From: Scyliorhinus canicula
Taxonomy: Eukaryota
DNA length: 64,000 nt
NCBI RefSeq assembly: GCF_902713615.1
Contig: NC_052157.1
Span: 25,725,203-25,789,202, forward strand
Direction of reading: 5' to 3'
Positions within the stretch are counted from its first letter, which is position 1, and each line of letters begins with the position of its first letter. Shown here in pieces: positions 24,279-37,199 of this stretch. The translations under genes and the position numbers were made by a program. The notes beneath the pieces are model-generated. The model was not told the origin of the DNA and made no database searches. It saw only the letters and a program-made list of their open reading frames with translations.

Positions 24279-26674
24279 CAATTGTTTGCTGTCCCTAAGG
24301 GCTATTATTTTGTTATTATGAAAGCTTGGCTGATTTCCAAAAAACTACTTTTATCTCACCACTGAAGAGTGGGTGGGTCTACGTTCACAGTGTGATTTGC
24401 AGCTCAAAGAGGCTATTAAAGAATTAACTGTCTTTGATAGAAGTTGTGAATGGATGTTCATTTTTCTAAGGTTTAAACACTTTAAGAGATATAAGGATTG
24501 TGTGGGCTTTCATGAATGAGAGGTTTTCTATTTATACTGAAGGCTGAATTACATTTTGAGAACTTTACTTTATTTCATCTCAACATGGCTACATGGCTCC
24601 TGAGGTCTGCCCATTGTGGATAATGAATTATCTGGTATGGAGGGTGTAAGGGTCAAGGTTGGCGCATGGGTTTCTCTGAACTGGCATTGAATTGGCATGG
24701 AGATATTGGGGTCATAGAGTTGGTGGAGCCATAGGTCGGTATTGAGTTGACATGGGGACCTGAAGTGGTCTGGTGAGTGGGTGAGGTGGTTAATAGAACA
24801 TGAGGGATAAAGGCCAGAGGGCCTAACATTTAATGGCACAACTAGGACAAAGTCCTAGAGTACCAAGTCATGCTTTTTAACTGGCCTGTCTTGGCAATCA
24901 GCTGAACCTGTGGCATTCTCTGAACTGTATCCAGGAGCGGTGGGCCTGGATCTGGCAACACCACCCTCCCCTCACCACCAGAAGTGACAATTCTCACGTT
25001 CGACTGAGGCAGACCTGCCAGGTTTGGGAAATTTCTTGTCTCAAGTTAGCTGCCTTGACAGTGAAAATCCAGCCCTCTTCTTCTGCAAGTCCATTTGCAG
25101 CAAACTGCAGCCTCTTCCTTTGTGTTCAAGCATTAATCTGGCACTTGACTTTGAATAGGTTTGACCTGAGCCTCTGTCCCCATGGCAATCAGGTTACATG
25201 TGCTTGATGCAGCCGGGAGATTACAAGACCCTTTCCACTACTCCATCTTATCTTCAATTAAACGGAGACATTTTAAACTAAACCACCTTATAAAGCCTCA
25301 CATTTGTAACTGCAACCAGAATGCACCATCTTGAATAGGGTAATAAAAAGGTGGTTTGCCATGAACTGCCCTTAGCCAGAGCTTGGCGTGCTTCAAGTTA
25401 GTTCCTGGGGTAATTAGAGAGAGGTATTATTAGTCAAGCTCCATTTGACAAACTTCACAAACAAGTGAACCACTACTTACTGATGTAAGAAAAATGAGTA
25501 GACTTCCTGGAGGCAATACGAATATCAATCACCTTGATCCCAATTCCTGTTGGTATTCTGAACAGTGCAACATTTACAAACGCAGCTGCGGGTAGTGTGG
25601 GCAACATTTTATTTTGAGTGAACAAGGTATTTTACAGAATTCCAAATCAAGATGGTGAGGTGTATTTTTTCTTTCACATATTTACACAGAGGCAGGGAGG
25701 TTATGGGGCAGTCTGGACACAATGGGAAGGGCAAAGGCAAAAGCATGGAGGTCCTCTTCATCTTAACAGAAACACCGTATTAATATTTGACCTCCCAGGG
25801 CCTGTGTAAATCAGCCCAGGGTGATGGGCCTGTGTTGGCAGTGTGAGCAGGTCACCATACCAGGTAGGAGAGTGATGCTAACTCACTGTGAGGAAAGCTC
25901 TGATGCTCCTCAGTTTCTGCTACAGTCTGACTCCTGTTTTTCTGCGGACAATGCACACACATCCATCCTCTGAACAGGGTCTGCATCGGGGGCTTTTGAT
26001 TTTGGACCACTGTGCCTGATGGGTTGGGGGAACAGAGGGCATCAGGGATTGGGGGTACAGACAGGTCCGCTGTGAATCTTAACATCACAGAGGCTGCACA
26101 TGTATCAGGTGTAACATATTTTAATAACAAACATTGGGCATTTCCATTCCCTTAGCTACACATTGTTACCTCCCTCCCTCCCCCCCCCCCCCCCCCCCCC
26201 CTTCCCACCCCGGTGCCCACTCAGTGCTCCTCAGTATTTTCATGGTGTACTGCTATGACTAAGTGATTCCCTAGAATGAATATCAGAGGTGGCGTCAGCC
26301 TGCTGCTTTTCGTGTCCCCTGGCCTTTGATGCACTTGGTAGACGCCCCCTGGAGGCCTAGAGGCGGATGCTCCCGGCCAACTTACTGGTGGCACTGGCTT
26401 TGCCATGCCACCCTGTTCTGCCCACTGCCCTTGGGTTGCGCCTATGTTGGGATGGCCAATTCGGAAGAACTGGAGACCGCCGTCATCTCCTTGGTGGCAG
26501 GCCCCACGTTTGCCTCCAGCACATCCTCCTCCCTCACGGTGCCCTGGAGGTCTCCATGGGATGGAGGGCAGTTGGAGTGAGCTCCAGAGGCCTCTGTATC
26601 ATCTGCCTCTGCCAGTCTTGGCACCTCCCCATTGCCTGCACCATGATGGCGATGCTATGCTATGCTCCTCAGTG

Positions 26675-28560
26675 ACTGGGCCACACTCCGCAGTACCCCA
26701 GCAATACCCACCTGTGTCTGGGTGATGTCCCTCAGCGCCTGGGACATGCTCTGCAGTACCCCAGCAACACCCACCTGTGTCTGGGTGATGTCCCTCAGCG
26801 ACTGGGACATGATCTGCAGTGCTCGACAATGTCCACCCGTATCTGGGTGATGTCCCTCAGCGACTGGGACATGCTCTGCAGTACCCCAGCAATACCCACC
26901 TGTGTCTGGGTGATGTCCCTCAGCGACAGCGATTTTGACAAAAGTCTTTGGATCCTCACTGTCTTCAGGTGATGTCCCGGAGGACTGGAGAATAGCCAAT
27001 GTTGTTCCTTTGTTTAAGAAGGATTGCAAGGATAATCCAGGGAACTACAGGCCGGTGAGCCTTACGTCAGTGGTAGGGAAATTACTGGTGAGAATTCTTC
27101 GAGACAGGATCTACTCCCATTTGGAAGCAAATGGATGTATTAGCGAGAGGCAGCATGGCTTTGTGAAGGGGAGGTCGTGTCCCACTAACTTGATAGAGTT
27201 TTTCGAAGAGGTCACAAAGGTGATTGATGCAGGTAGGGCAGTGGATGTTGTCGATATGGACTTCAGTAAGGCCTTTGACAAGGTCTCTCATGGCAGACTG
27301 GTACAAAAGGTGAAGTCACACGGGATCAGGGGTGAGCTGGCTCAGTGAATACAGAACTGGCGAGGTCATAGAAGGCAGAGTGTAGCAATGGAAGGGTGCT
27401 TTTCTAATTGAAGGGCTGTGACTAGTGGTGTTCCGTAGGGATCAGTGCTGGGACCTTTGCTGTTCATAGTATATTTATATGATTTGGAGGAAAATGTAAC
27501 TGGTCTGATTAGTAAGTTTGCAGACGACACAAAGGTAGGTGGAATTGCGGATAGCGATGAGGACTGTCAGAGGATACAGCAGGATTTAGATTATTTGGAG
27601 ACTTGGGCGGAGAAATGGCAGATGGAGTTTAATCTGGACAAATGTGAGGTAATGCATTTTGGAAGGTCTAATGCAAGTAGGGAATATACAGTGAATGGTA
27701 GAACCCTCAAGAGTATTGACAGTCAGATCTAGGTGTACAGGTCCACAGGTCACTGAAAGGGGCAACACAGGTGGAGAAGGTAGTCAAGAAGGCATACGGC
27801 ATGCTTCCCTTCATTGACCGGGGCATTGAGTACAAGAATTGGCAAGTCATGTTGCAGCTGTATAGATACTTAGTTAGGCCACACTTGGAGAATAGTGTTC
27901 AATTCTGGTCGCCACACTACCAGAAGGATGTGGAGGCTTTAGAGAGGGTGCAGAAGAGATTTACCAGGATGTTGCCTGGTATGGAGGGCATTAGCTATGA
28001 AGAGCAGTTGAATAAACTTGGTTTGTTCTCACTGGAACGACGGAGGTTGAGGAGCGACCTGATAGAGGTCTACAAAATTATGAGGGGCATAGACAGAGTG
28101 GATAGTCAGAGGCTTTTTCCCAGGGTAGAGGGGGAATTACTCGGGGCTATAGGTTTAAGGTGCGAGGGGCAAGGTTTAGAGGTGATGTACGAGACAAGTT
28201 TTTTACACAGAGTGTAGTGGGTGCCTGGAACCTGCTGCCGGAGGAGGTGGTGGAAACAGGGACGATAGTGACATTTAAGGGGCATCTTGACAAATACATG
28301 AATAGGATGGGAATAGAGGGATACAGACCCAAGAAGTGTAGAAGATTTTAATTTAGACGGGCAGCATGGTCGGCACAGGCTTTGACGGCCGAAGGGCCTG
28401 TTCCTGTGCTGTACTTCTATTTGTTCTTTGTTCTTTTGACTGGGACATGCTCTGCAGTACCCCAGCAATACCCACCTGTGTCTGGGTGATGTCCCTCAGA
28501 GACTGGGACATCCTCTGCATTGCTCGGCAATGTCCACCTGCATATGGCACATATCCCTCA
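26675..28560. repeat. 63-bp minisatellite (4 units at 26675-26927, about 2 units at 28438-28560)
   Basis: Unit gactgggacatgctctgcagtaccccagcaatacccacctgtgtctgggtgatgtccctcagc, read directly. Confidence 0.92.
26928..28437 (+). mobile_element. 5'-truncated CR1 LINE (RT + 3' UTR)
   Basis: 'VPEDWRIANVVPLFKK', 'NYRPVSLTSVVGK', 'KFADDTK'; (TTTGTTC)-like tail; 'gac' repeated at both junctions. Confidence 0.95.
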
Positions 28561-28639
28561 GTTTCTCGGACATGATGCCGGGGCCCTCAGCCATGGTCGT
28601 CACAGACTTGAGCCATGCCTTGGCATCACAACTAAAGAA

Positions 28640-28960
28640 GCAGCACGGTAACACAGTGATTAGCACAGTTGCTTCACAGCTCCAGGTTCCCAGGTTCGCT
28701 TCCCGGCTTGGGTCATTGTCTGTGTGGAGTTCTTCCCGTGTCTGCGTGGGTTTCCTCCTGGCGCTCCAGTTTCCTCCCATAGTCCAAAGATGTGCAGGTT
28801 AGATGGATTGGCCATGATAAATTGCCTTTAGTGTCCAAAAAGGTTAGGTGGGGTTACGGGGATAGGTTGGAGGCGTGGGCTTAAGTAGGGTGCTCTTTCC
28901 AAGAGCCGGTGCAGACTTGATTGGCCAAATGGCCTCCTTCTGCACTGTAAATTCTATGAT
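28640..28960 (+). mobile_element. HE1-like SINE with 'ggcctccttctgcactgtaaattctatg' tail (family D)
   Basis: Same head/core as 4583, different 3' module; copies at 34135, 37200, 38185 and 50865. Confidence 0.88.
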
Positions 28961-29559
28961 AACAGACATAGCCAATTGTAGCTTTGCTTTGATGTAGACT
29001 GCATCTGTGCGGAATTTGGGTGGGCTCTTTCTTAGCTTGGGTTTCAAGAGAAAAAGCAGCTGGAGGATTTGCTCTAGCTTGTACCTAGTGGAAGAAATCT
29101 ACAGTGGTCCTCACGGATCACTGTGGCAGAAAGCAGTAAGCTGAGTTATCTTGCAAAACCGTGGCAAGGCAATTCGGTAGCTGTTCAAATAAGGAGCAGG
29201 GTTATCCATAGTAATGAGGTCTGTAAAACAAAGGTGATGGGTCACATAGCCATAACATGAGTGGCGAGACTCCCATAGAATCTTATCTTGGAGGATAGTT
29301 GGAACACTGACGGAATGTAAAGTAAATTCCAGAGGGCTGTCGCACACCGCTGAGTTGGTCCCTTAAAAAGGTAACAATGTATGAGGAAATTCCCGCGGTG
29401 AAATTAAAATTAAAACTAAGTTCGTAATCTGCGTAGTTGTAAACTATATTGTTAAGCAAATAGTGCTTTCTATATTAATTATTTTTGATATACCATAAAG
29501 TTTGTTCTTTTGTTTAAAAACTTTAAATCTTGTGACATAGTTGTGTTGGTTGATTGCTG

Positions 29560-31650
29560 CCTTGATGTTAAAGGCAGTCACTCTCACCCCCTTTCTTTAG
29601 TTGACCTCTTTTGTCCATGTTGGACCAAGGTTGAAATGAAATCGGGAGCTTAGTCGTCCTTGGTGGAACTAAACTGAGCATGTGAGCAGGTTATTGCTGT
29701 GCGCGTGCAGCTTGATAGCGCTGTTAACGACATCGTCCATCGCATTGTTGATAATCGAGAGTGGACAGATGGGGTGGTAATTGGCCAGGTTGAATTTGTC
29801 CTGTTTTTTATGCATTGGGCAGTTTTCCATATTTTTGGGTAGATGTAAGTGTTGCTGCTGTACTGAAACAACTTGGTTAGGGGCATGGCTAGTTCTGCGG
29901 CACAAGTCTTCAGTAATATCGCTGAGATATTGTCAGGACCCCTAGACTTTGCAGTATCCAATGCATTCAGTTATTTCTTGATATCATGTGAAGTGAATTG
30001 AATTGGTTGAAGACTGGCATCTGTGATGCTGGAGATCTCAGGAGGAGGCTGAGATGGATCATCTGCTTGGCATTTCTGGCTGAAGGTGGATGCATCTTTA
30101 GCATTGTATTTTAAGCTGACGTGCTGGGCACCCCGATCATTGGGGACATGTGTGGAGCCTCCTCCTCCAAATTTCAATATTGGATGTTGCAAGCCTGCAA
30201 AGATTTGATCTGACCCTTTGGTTGTAGGATCACTTAGCTCTGCCTGTCGCATGCTGCTTCTCCTGTTTGTCATACAGGCGGTTGTGGCTTCACCAGGTTG
30301 ACCACTAATATTTAGGGATGCCTGATACTGCTCCTGGCATGTACCCTTACACTCTTCAGTGAACCAGGCTGATTCCTTGGCTGGATGGTACTTGCAGGGT
30401 GCGGAATATGCCGGGCAATTAATTTGCAGATTGTGGTTGAATACAATTCTGTTGCTGCTGATGGATCACATCACCTTATGAATTCCAATTTTCAGCTGCT
30501 ATATCTGCTCTGAATCCATCCCATTTAACATGGTGGTAGAACCACACAACACAATTGAGGCTTTGCTCAATGTGAAGACAGGACTTCATCTTCACAAGGG
30601 TTGTGTGATGATCACTCCTGTATAGGCTGTTATGGACAGATGATTGGTGACGACAAGGTCTAGTTGGTTTTTCCATCATATTTGTTCCCTCATCACTTGC
30701 TGTGCCACAGTCTGATAAGATAAGTCCTTCAAGGCTAGGTCAGTAGTGGTGCTACCAAGCCACTCTAGGTGATGGACATTGAAGTCTGCACTCCCCCCCC
30801 CCCCCCCCCCCCCCCCACACCACCCCCACCGGAGTAAATTCGGCACCCTTTCCACCCTCTGTGCTTCCTTCAAGTGGCATTCAACATGGGAGAGGACAGA
30901 TTCTTCAACTGAGGAAAAACAATAGGTGCCACCACCCTCGAGTGGGCCTGTCCTGCTAGTGGGACAGGACATACCCAGGGTTAGTGATGGTGGTGTCTCG
31001 GACATTGTGTACGAGATACGATTCCGGGAGAATGTCAGTGTCAGGCTGCTTCTTGACTGGCCCGTGTGAAGCTCTGTCAATTTTAATACAAGCTCCCAGA
31101 TATTAGTAAGGAGGACTGTCCAGGGTCGGCAGGGCTGGATGTGCTGTTGCCATTTCCAGTGCCAAAATCAATTCCATAGCGTTCCACCAGTTTTATTCCG
31201 TTTTGCCATTTGTGTAGTGGGTTGGTACATCGGATTGGCTTGTTCGACCAGTTCAGAGAGCAGTTGAGTCATCCACAATGGGTTTGGTCATGTAAACTGG
31301 ATAAGTTAAGGATGGCAGATTTTCTCCATGAACCAGGTGAGCTTTTACAGCAATTGAAGATAGTTTCATGGCATCATTACTTTTTAAAATAAATTTAGAG
31401 TAGCCAATTATTTTTTTTCCAATTAAGGGACAATTTAGTGTGGCCAATCCACCTACCCTGCACGTCGTTAGGTTGTGGGGGTGAAACCCACGCAGACACG
31501 GGAGAATGTACAAACTCTACATGGCCAGTGACCCGGGGCCGGGATCAAATCTGGGTCCTCAGCGCCGTAGGCAGCAGTGCTAACCACTACAACAGCGCAC
31601 AGTCCCTCATGGCATCATTACTGAGACTAGCTTTGAACAGAGTAGTTTAT
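29560..31650 (-). mobile_element. Decayed CR1-group LINE: 5' UTR, endonuclease and RT N-terminus
   Basis: 'DFNVHH.EWLGS.TTD', 'SDHHT.LV', 'K..GPDNI.A..LKTCA.ELA.PL.KLFQ', 'NYHPI'; 5' UTR homologous to 56470-56700. Confidence 0.8.
31382..31606 (-). mobile_element. A-tailed short SINE (family E) with 16-bp TSD
   Basis: TSD tcatggcatcattact at 31366-31381 and 31607-31622; HE1-like head, A-rich tail; sister copy at 63778. Confidence 0.88.
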
Positions 31651-32469
31651 TAATTAATGGCAGTTATCAAGTCTTCAACGTTTTCTGCAGTAAGAACCTA
31701 CAACTGCCTATTGGAGCATCTGACCGTGAGACATTGTGAATGAAACAGCACAAAGTAGTTCAAGTTTGCACAGGAGTAAAGGCTTTAACTGTTTCAGAAG
31801 GCCCCTACAACTGGGACAATGTAGATCTTGACAGCTGAGTGAATACCCTATTGTGCATATAATCTTGAATCTACAGTCCAGTCGATAATCTAAAGCCAAG
31901 ATTACAGATTTACGTTCTTCATACTTTATTCAGTCTAAGCAAATGCTTGCATTCAGATATTAAACAATAATGTCACAAAATCTTATCTGAATCAGATTGC
32001 CTTATGGTTGACGTTGTATGTCAAATATTGTGACGTCAATAAATATTTGCTGGTGGCTTTGGTTTGCCTTTTTCCCGACAATGTATCCAGATTGAAGAGA
32101 ATTTGTTCTTATCACTGGCCTTGAATTAAATAAACTTAAGGGAAAGTTTGGCCCATTTTGGGAATCAGTCAAACCCCAGCTGAACTGAGCTTATTTCTTT
32201 TGGTTAATCAGTAACTACTTGCACTGAGTAAATATTTACACTGATTAGAGACTATCTGGGCGAGAGTAGCATTTCTTGACACAGGCACTGTGCTGTCACA
32301 TCACAAAGGTACCATTGTTTCAAGTATTTTACTTTGGAAACATCTCCAATTCATATTGCAGGCATCCCATAAAAGCTAGCTGCACCAAAAATTAAAATTA
32401 AAACTGCATTTGGACATGGTTGTCAATGCAGGGCAGGCAGTATAACTGGGGTGCATCACCATTGCGCAT

Positions 32470-32705
32470 CATCACAGAATTGCAGAATTATTATGGTGGT
32501 GCAGAAGGAGGCCATTCAGCCCATCATGTCTGCACCAGCTCTCCAAACGAGCATCATGACTTAGTGCCATTCCCCTGCCTTTTCCCCGTCCCCTGTACAT
32601 TATTTCTATTCAAGTAACCATTTAATGCCCTCTTGAATGCCTCGATTGAACCTGCCTCCACCACACTTCCAGGCAGCACATTCCAGACCCGAACCGCTCA
32701 TTGAG
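32470..32705 (-). mobile_element. CR1 3'-end fragment
   Basis: 'gcagaaggaggccattcagccc...gccctcttgaatgcctcgattgaacctgcctccaccac' resembles other CR1 3' ends in the window. Confidence 0.65.
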
Positions 32706-32872
32706 TGAAGCCATAGCTGTTCCTTAAATAAAAGTAAATACGCAAAGTAATAATCTTTTATCAGTGTCACAAGTAGGCTTACATCAACACTGTAATGAAT
32801 ACGGGAAAGACATAGCTGGCTAGTCAGTGTCTGTAAAGGGATGAGGTAGCTGTGTTTTTTAATTCATTTGCA

Positions 32873-33175
32873 GGTTTGATTCCCGGCTGGGTCACTGTCT
32901 GTGCGGAGTCTGCATGTCCTCCCCGTGTGTGCGTGGGTTTCCTCCGGGTGCTCCGGTTTCCTCCCACAGTCCAAAGATGTGCGGGTTAGGTGGATTGGCC
33001 ATGCTAAATTGCCCGTAGTGTCCTAAAAAAAGTAAGGTTAAGGGGGGGGGGGCGTTATTGGGTTACGGGTATAGGGTGGATACGTGGATTTGAGTAGGGT
33101 GATCATGGCTCGGCACAACATCGAGGGCCGAAGGGCCTGTTCTGTGCTGTACTGTTCTATGTTCTTTGTTCTATG
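32873..33175 (+). mobile_element. HE1-like SINE, 5'-truncated, CR1-type tail
   Basis: Near-identical to 4640-4945. Confidence 0.9.
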
Positions 33176-34030
33176 GATGTGGGCGGCGCTGGCTAGGCCA
33201 GAATTTTATTGCCCGTTCCTACTTACCCTTCAGAAGGTGCCAGTGGACTGCCTTCTTGAACCGCTGCAGTCCATGTGGTGTAAGTACACCCACTGTGCTG
33301 TTAGGGAAGGAGTTCCAGGATGTTGGCCCAGTGACACTGAAGGAACGGCGATATATTTCCACGGCAGGGTGGCGAGTGCCTTGAAGGGAACCTCCAGGTG
33401 GGGGTGGGGTTCCCAGGTATCTACTGCCTTGTCCTTCTAGATAGTAGCGGTCGTGGGTTTGGAAGGTCTTATCTAAGGAACCTTGATGAGTTACTGTAGA
33501 CGGTGTCATAATATACATTCAGGTATATGATGGAGTGCAGACAGGCAGTGATTGATACACAGGATGACCAGTGAACACACAGAACACAGCAGCCAATCAC
33601 CAGACAGGACAGGACCACTATAAAGCCAGAGGGCACCAGTTTTCCCGCTTTCTCGGGATCCAGCCTCTGAGATAGGCAGAGCTCGTGAGCAGCAACTAGT
33701 ACAAACACCATGTGGTAGTCAGTTAGTCTGATCAGGTTAGCCTCAGGTCTCCAGTCAAGTCAGCATAGTGTCAACCCACAGTTAAGCATGTATTATAGTT
33801 AGTTGTTCAATAAAATCGTGTTGCATCTCTTCAAGTGTTGGAAGCCTGTCTCTTTCCACAATGCATCAAACGCAGTCCACATAGACCCAGCCGACCCAAC
33901 ACATCAGACAGTGCACATGGCTGCTATTGTTCGTCGGAGTTGGAGGGTTTGAATGCTTGTGGAAGGGAAAGCAATCAAGCGGCTGCTTTGGCCTGGGTGG
34001 TGTCGAGTGTCTTATACTTGGTATTGAGCT
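33176..34030 (-). mobile_element. 3' end of a CR1-group LINE (probably the 29.6-31.6 kb family), split by a solo LTR
   Basis: 'FSVTGPTSWNSFPNSTVGV.TPHGLQRFKKAVH.HLLKG'; related plus-strand piece at about 34765-35027. Confidence 0.75.
33504..33906 (+). mobile_element. Solo LTR (Gypsy-like), 403 bp
   Basis: TG...CA ends, 5-bp TSD gacgg/gacag, CCAAT near 33593, TATAAA near 33619, AATAAA near 33809. Confidence 0.85.
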
Positions 34031-34134
34031 TCTTTGTTTGACTAAGTACAAATAATGAGAGCAGAACAATGATTGTTTCTGACTGAAATTGCTATCTATC
34101 ACATTAGGTTTGTAGATGCACTGTACATTCATTG

Positions 34135-34461
34135 AGTCATAGAATCCTTACAATGCAGACGGAGGCCATTTGGCTCATTGTGTTTGCACCGACCCTCCGA
34201 AAGAGCCCCCTACGTAGGTCCACTCTCGCGCCCTATCCCGTGACCCAACCTGCACATTCCTGGACACTAAAGGGCAATTTAGCATGGCCAATCCTCCTAA
34301 CCCGCACACCTTTGGACTGTGGGAGGAAACCAGAGCAGTTGGAGGCAACCCATGCAGATACACAATGTGCAACCTCCACACAGTCCACCAAGGTTGAAAT
34401 CGAGCCTGGGTCCCTGGAGCTGTGAAGCATCAGTGCTAACCACTGTGCCACTGTGCCGCCC
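34135..34461 (-). mobile_element. Family D SINE
   Basis: Reverse-complement similarity to 28640-28960. Confidence 0.82.
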
Positions 34462-35092
34462 CATTGAAGGATAAAGACAAGTAAGTTTTTCTTCTGTCCA
34501 ATCGGAAGTGCCAGAACTGCCAGCTAAAACTTTTAAGAAACGGTGCAGCCATCTGTTGAGAACACGTTAATAACTCAATACAACCATGCAAAGTATGGGT
34601 AAAATTTGCTATATTGTTCAGAGAGCTAGCTCCAAAGTGACATTCACTTTCCAAAGCTAAGTAGTTGCTGGTGCAATGAACAGACTTGTGTAGCATTATT
34701 AGAAAATAAATCAAGTAAAAGGGGAAAGCCTTGCCCTGAATGGCACTGACGCACAGAATCATCTATAAGATTCACAGCAGCAACTCACCGAGGCTCGTTA
34801 GAAACTCCTTCCAAACCCATGATCACTACCGTCTAGAAGGACAAGAGCAGCAGATACCTGTGGACCCCACCCCCACCTGGAGGTTCCCCTCCAAGCCACT
34901 CACCATCCTGACTTGGAAATACATCACCGTTCCTTCACTGTCACTGGGTCAAAAGGGCAACTAGGGACGGTCAATAAATGCTGGTCTAACCAATGACATC
35001 CACATCCCGTCAATGAATTAAAAAAACAGGAATGATATTTATCGACCGATATTATTTTCTTGCACAAATGTCGACTAACCAAACAAGTTCCC

Positions 35093-35753
35093 GGGCGGGA
35101 TTCGCCGACCCCGCGCAGGGTCGGAGAATCGTCGGTGGGAGGGGGCGCGACTCGTGCGACGCCACTCTGATGCCAGTCCGCTGATTATCCGCCGACCGGA
35201 GAATTGGAGCAAATGGCGCCGGTGCGGTCGGGGCCTGCTTAATGCACCCCCCCCCCCCCCCCCCCCCGGTGATTCTCCCCGTGCGATGTGCCGAGTACCT
35301 GCCAAGTTCGGCCGAGTCCCGGCAGTGTCGTTCTCATGTGATCCTACCCGGCGGGGCCTTGGCATTCATGCTGCAGGGGGTGGGGGCCTCCACGGTGGTG
35401 TGGCCCGCGATCGGGGTCTACCGATCAGCAGGCAGGCCTAGCCCCGGTGGGGGCCTATGTTCCTCCGTGCTGGGCCACTGTAGGTCTCCGCCATGTTGCG
35501 TCGGGGCCGGCGCGGAGAAGGCAGCCCACGCGCATGCGCGAACTCGCGCCAGCCATGGCCCGTACATGAGGACCCGTGCCGCCCGTGCTGATGCCCGTAT
35601 CGGCAGCTGGAGCAGCGTGAGGCTCTCCAGTGCCGTGCTGCCCCCTGTGCAGCGCAGGATCGCTGATTCTAGGGGCTAAATGGCGCCGTTGTAAAACGCT
35701 CCCGGGTTTACGACGGCGTCAACACTTAGCCCCAGGATTGGAGAATCCCGCCC
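35093..35753. mobile_element. PIF/Harbinger-type MITE
   Basis: TIRs gggcgggattc / gaatcccgccc, flanks ccc/ccc, subterminal GGAGAAT repeats. Confidence 0.82.
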
Positions 35754-37199
35754 CCCGTGTTGGTAATATCATGCTTGCTTTAGATTTCTGGGCACAATTA
35801 CAGGAAAGTACAGTGGTCATGCTATCGACAATGAGGTGCTGTGTCAGAGGACTTTCCGGAACTGAGCAGGTCTTCCCCTGTCATGTCAGGAATGAATTCA
35901 ACGGAGAAATAAATATTTATATTCCAAATTCAGCATCAAGTTCGATGACATGCTTATCTCTTGCCCAGAAGAACCAATGCCAGTTTTTGGATCCATACTA
36001 TCCTCCATCGCACACTGTAGCGATGATCTATTGTTACACTATTTCCAGTTGGACATTCTATTGTTCTACCAGTTAAGTGTCTCAAATCAGAGCGCGTTTA
36101 GCATTTTTGAGATTATACAGCAAGAAACGTGCCAAGTGATTATATCACGGAAAACCGTTTGACTTTCAACCTGGCATCTGTGCCCAATAGATATTTTCCC
36201 TCGACAATTCAAGGGCTAAACAGCCTCTTAATCTATTGGATCTTTTCAACAGCTATTTAAATTATAAACAGCAGTCAATTGCTTATTTCAAATGCTTTCC
36301 ATGGCAAGAATAATGGGTTTAATTGTATTTGAAAGCCACCAAATATCAATGGAGATTAATGCAGGTGGATTGATCTGTTTATGCAGTTAAACATCCAGAA
36401 TATCAGATTCAGTCTGTAACATATTTAAATACTCTAATATTGATCAACTTTACCACGATACAGCTCAGATGACATTTCAGATGATTCTAGGAAATGGTTC
36501 GCTTCAGTTAATCCGACCAATACCTTTTGTCTTGCAAGTGTCCAACAATTCATGGCAAAGCTGATACACTGGCAGTACGAGGGTGGCAATACCAGCCAGT
36601 GTAACCACAAGCATCACCTTAATCTAATACATTTCCAGACAGAGCCAGAGCTGACACAGGCAGTTTAACCATTATCTGACACAGTATATGGACAACTTCT
36701 CAAAGTTCTAGCTCATGGCAATCCTAATTACATCCAAGTGTTTGAGGTGTCACATCAAATAGAGAGCTGGAGCCATGATAATCGTTTACGGGGTTTATTT
36801 TGATTCAGCCATTCCACAAAGGCGATGTTTATGCTTTTTTTAAATTATTGACAGATGGCGGTGATCAATTGGGAATCTGTTCTTCGGATTTTCATCTTTA
36901 AAAATTGGAAATGACTGCAGGATAGCCGCATTAGAAACTGTCGTAAATTCTATTTCATGCATTCAGCACGTTCACTCGTTCTCCCGACTAATCAGCTGGC
37001 AATGCCGTAAGATCATCAAGTACAAAATGTCACCACTTTGAGTGACACACCACACTGTCGTCAAACTAACCCACAATTTCTGGGCTCCTTGTCAGCCTTT
37101 ACCCTGCTTAATATCTCCACGGTTACAGAGAGGATCAGTGACCCGCGTACAACTCTGCTCCTGACCAAGACAGGAGGGGTGATTTCGAACCAATGTTAT

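Larger units (their letters stand above)
25850..28630 (-). mobile_element. Harbinger-like element relic carrying a coiled-coil repeat ORF, split by a CR1
   Basis: 63-bp tandem repeats encoding 'MSQSLRDITQTQVGIAGVLQS' on the minus strand on both sides of the CR1; composition like the ORF relic at 38.7-39.8 kb. Family assignment is inference. Confidence 0.55.

Noticed and set aside
26675-28560. Regular repeats superficially like a CRISPR array
   Set aside because: Units are head-to-tail with no unique spacers, there are no cas genes, and the context is eukaryotic.
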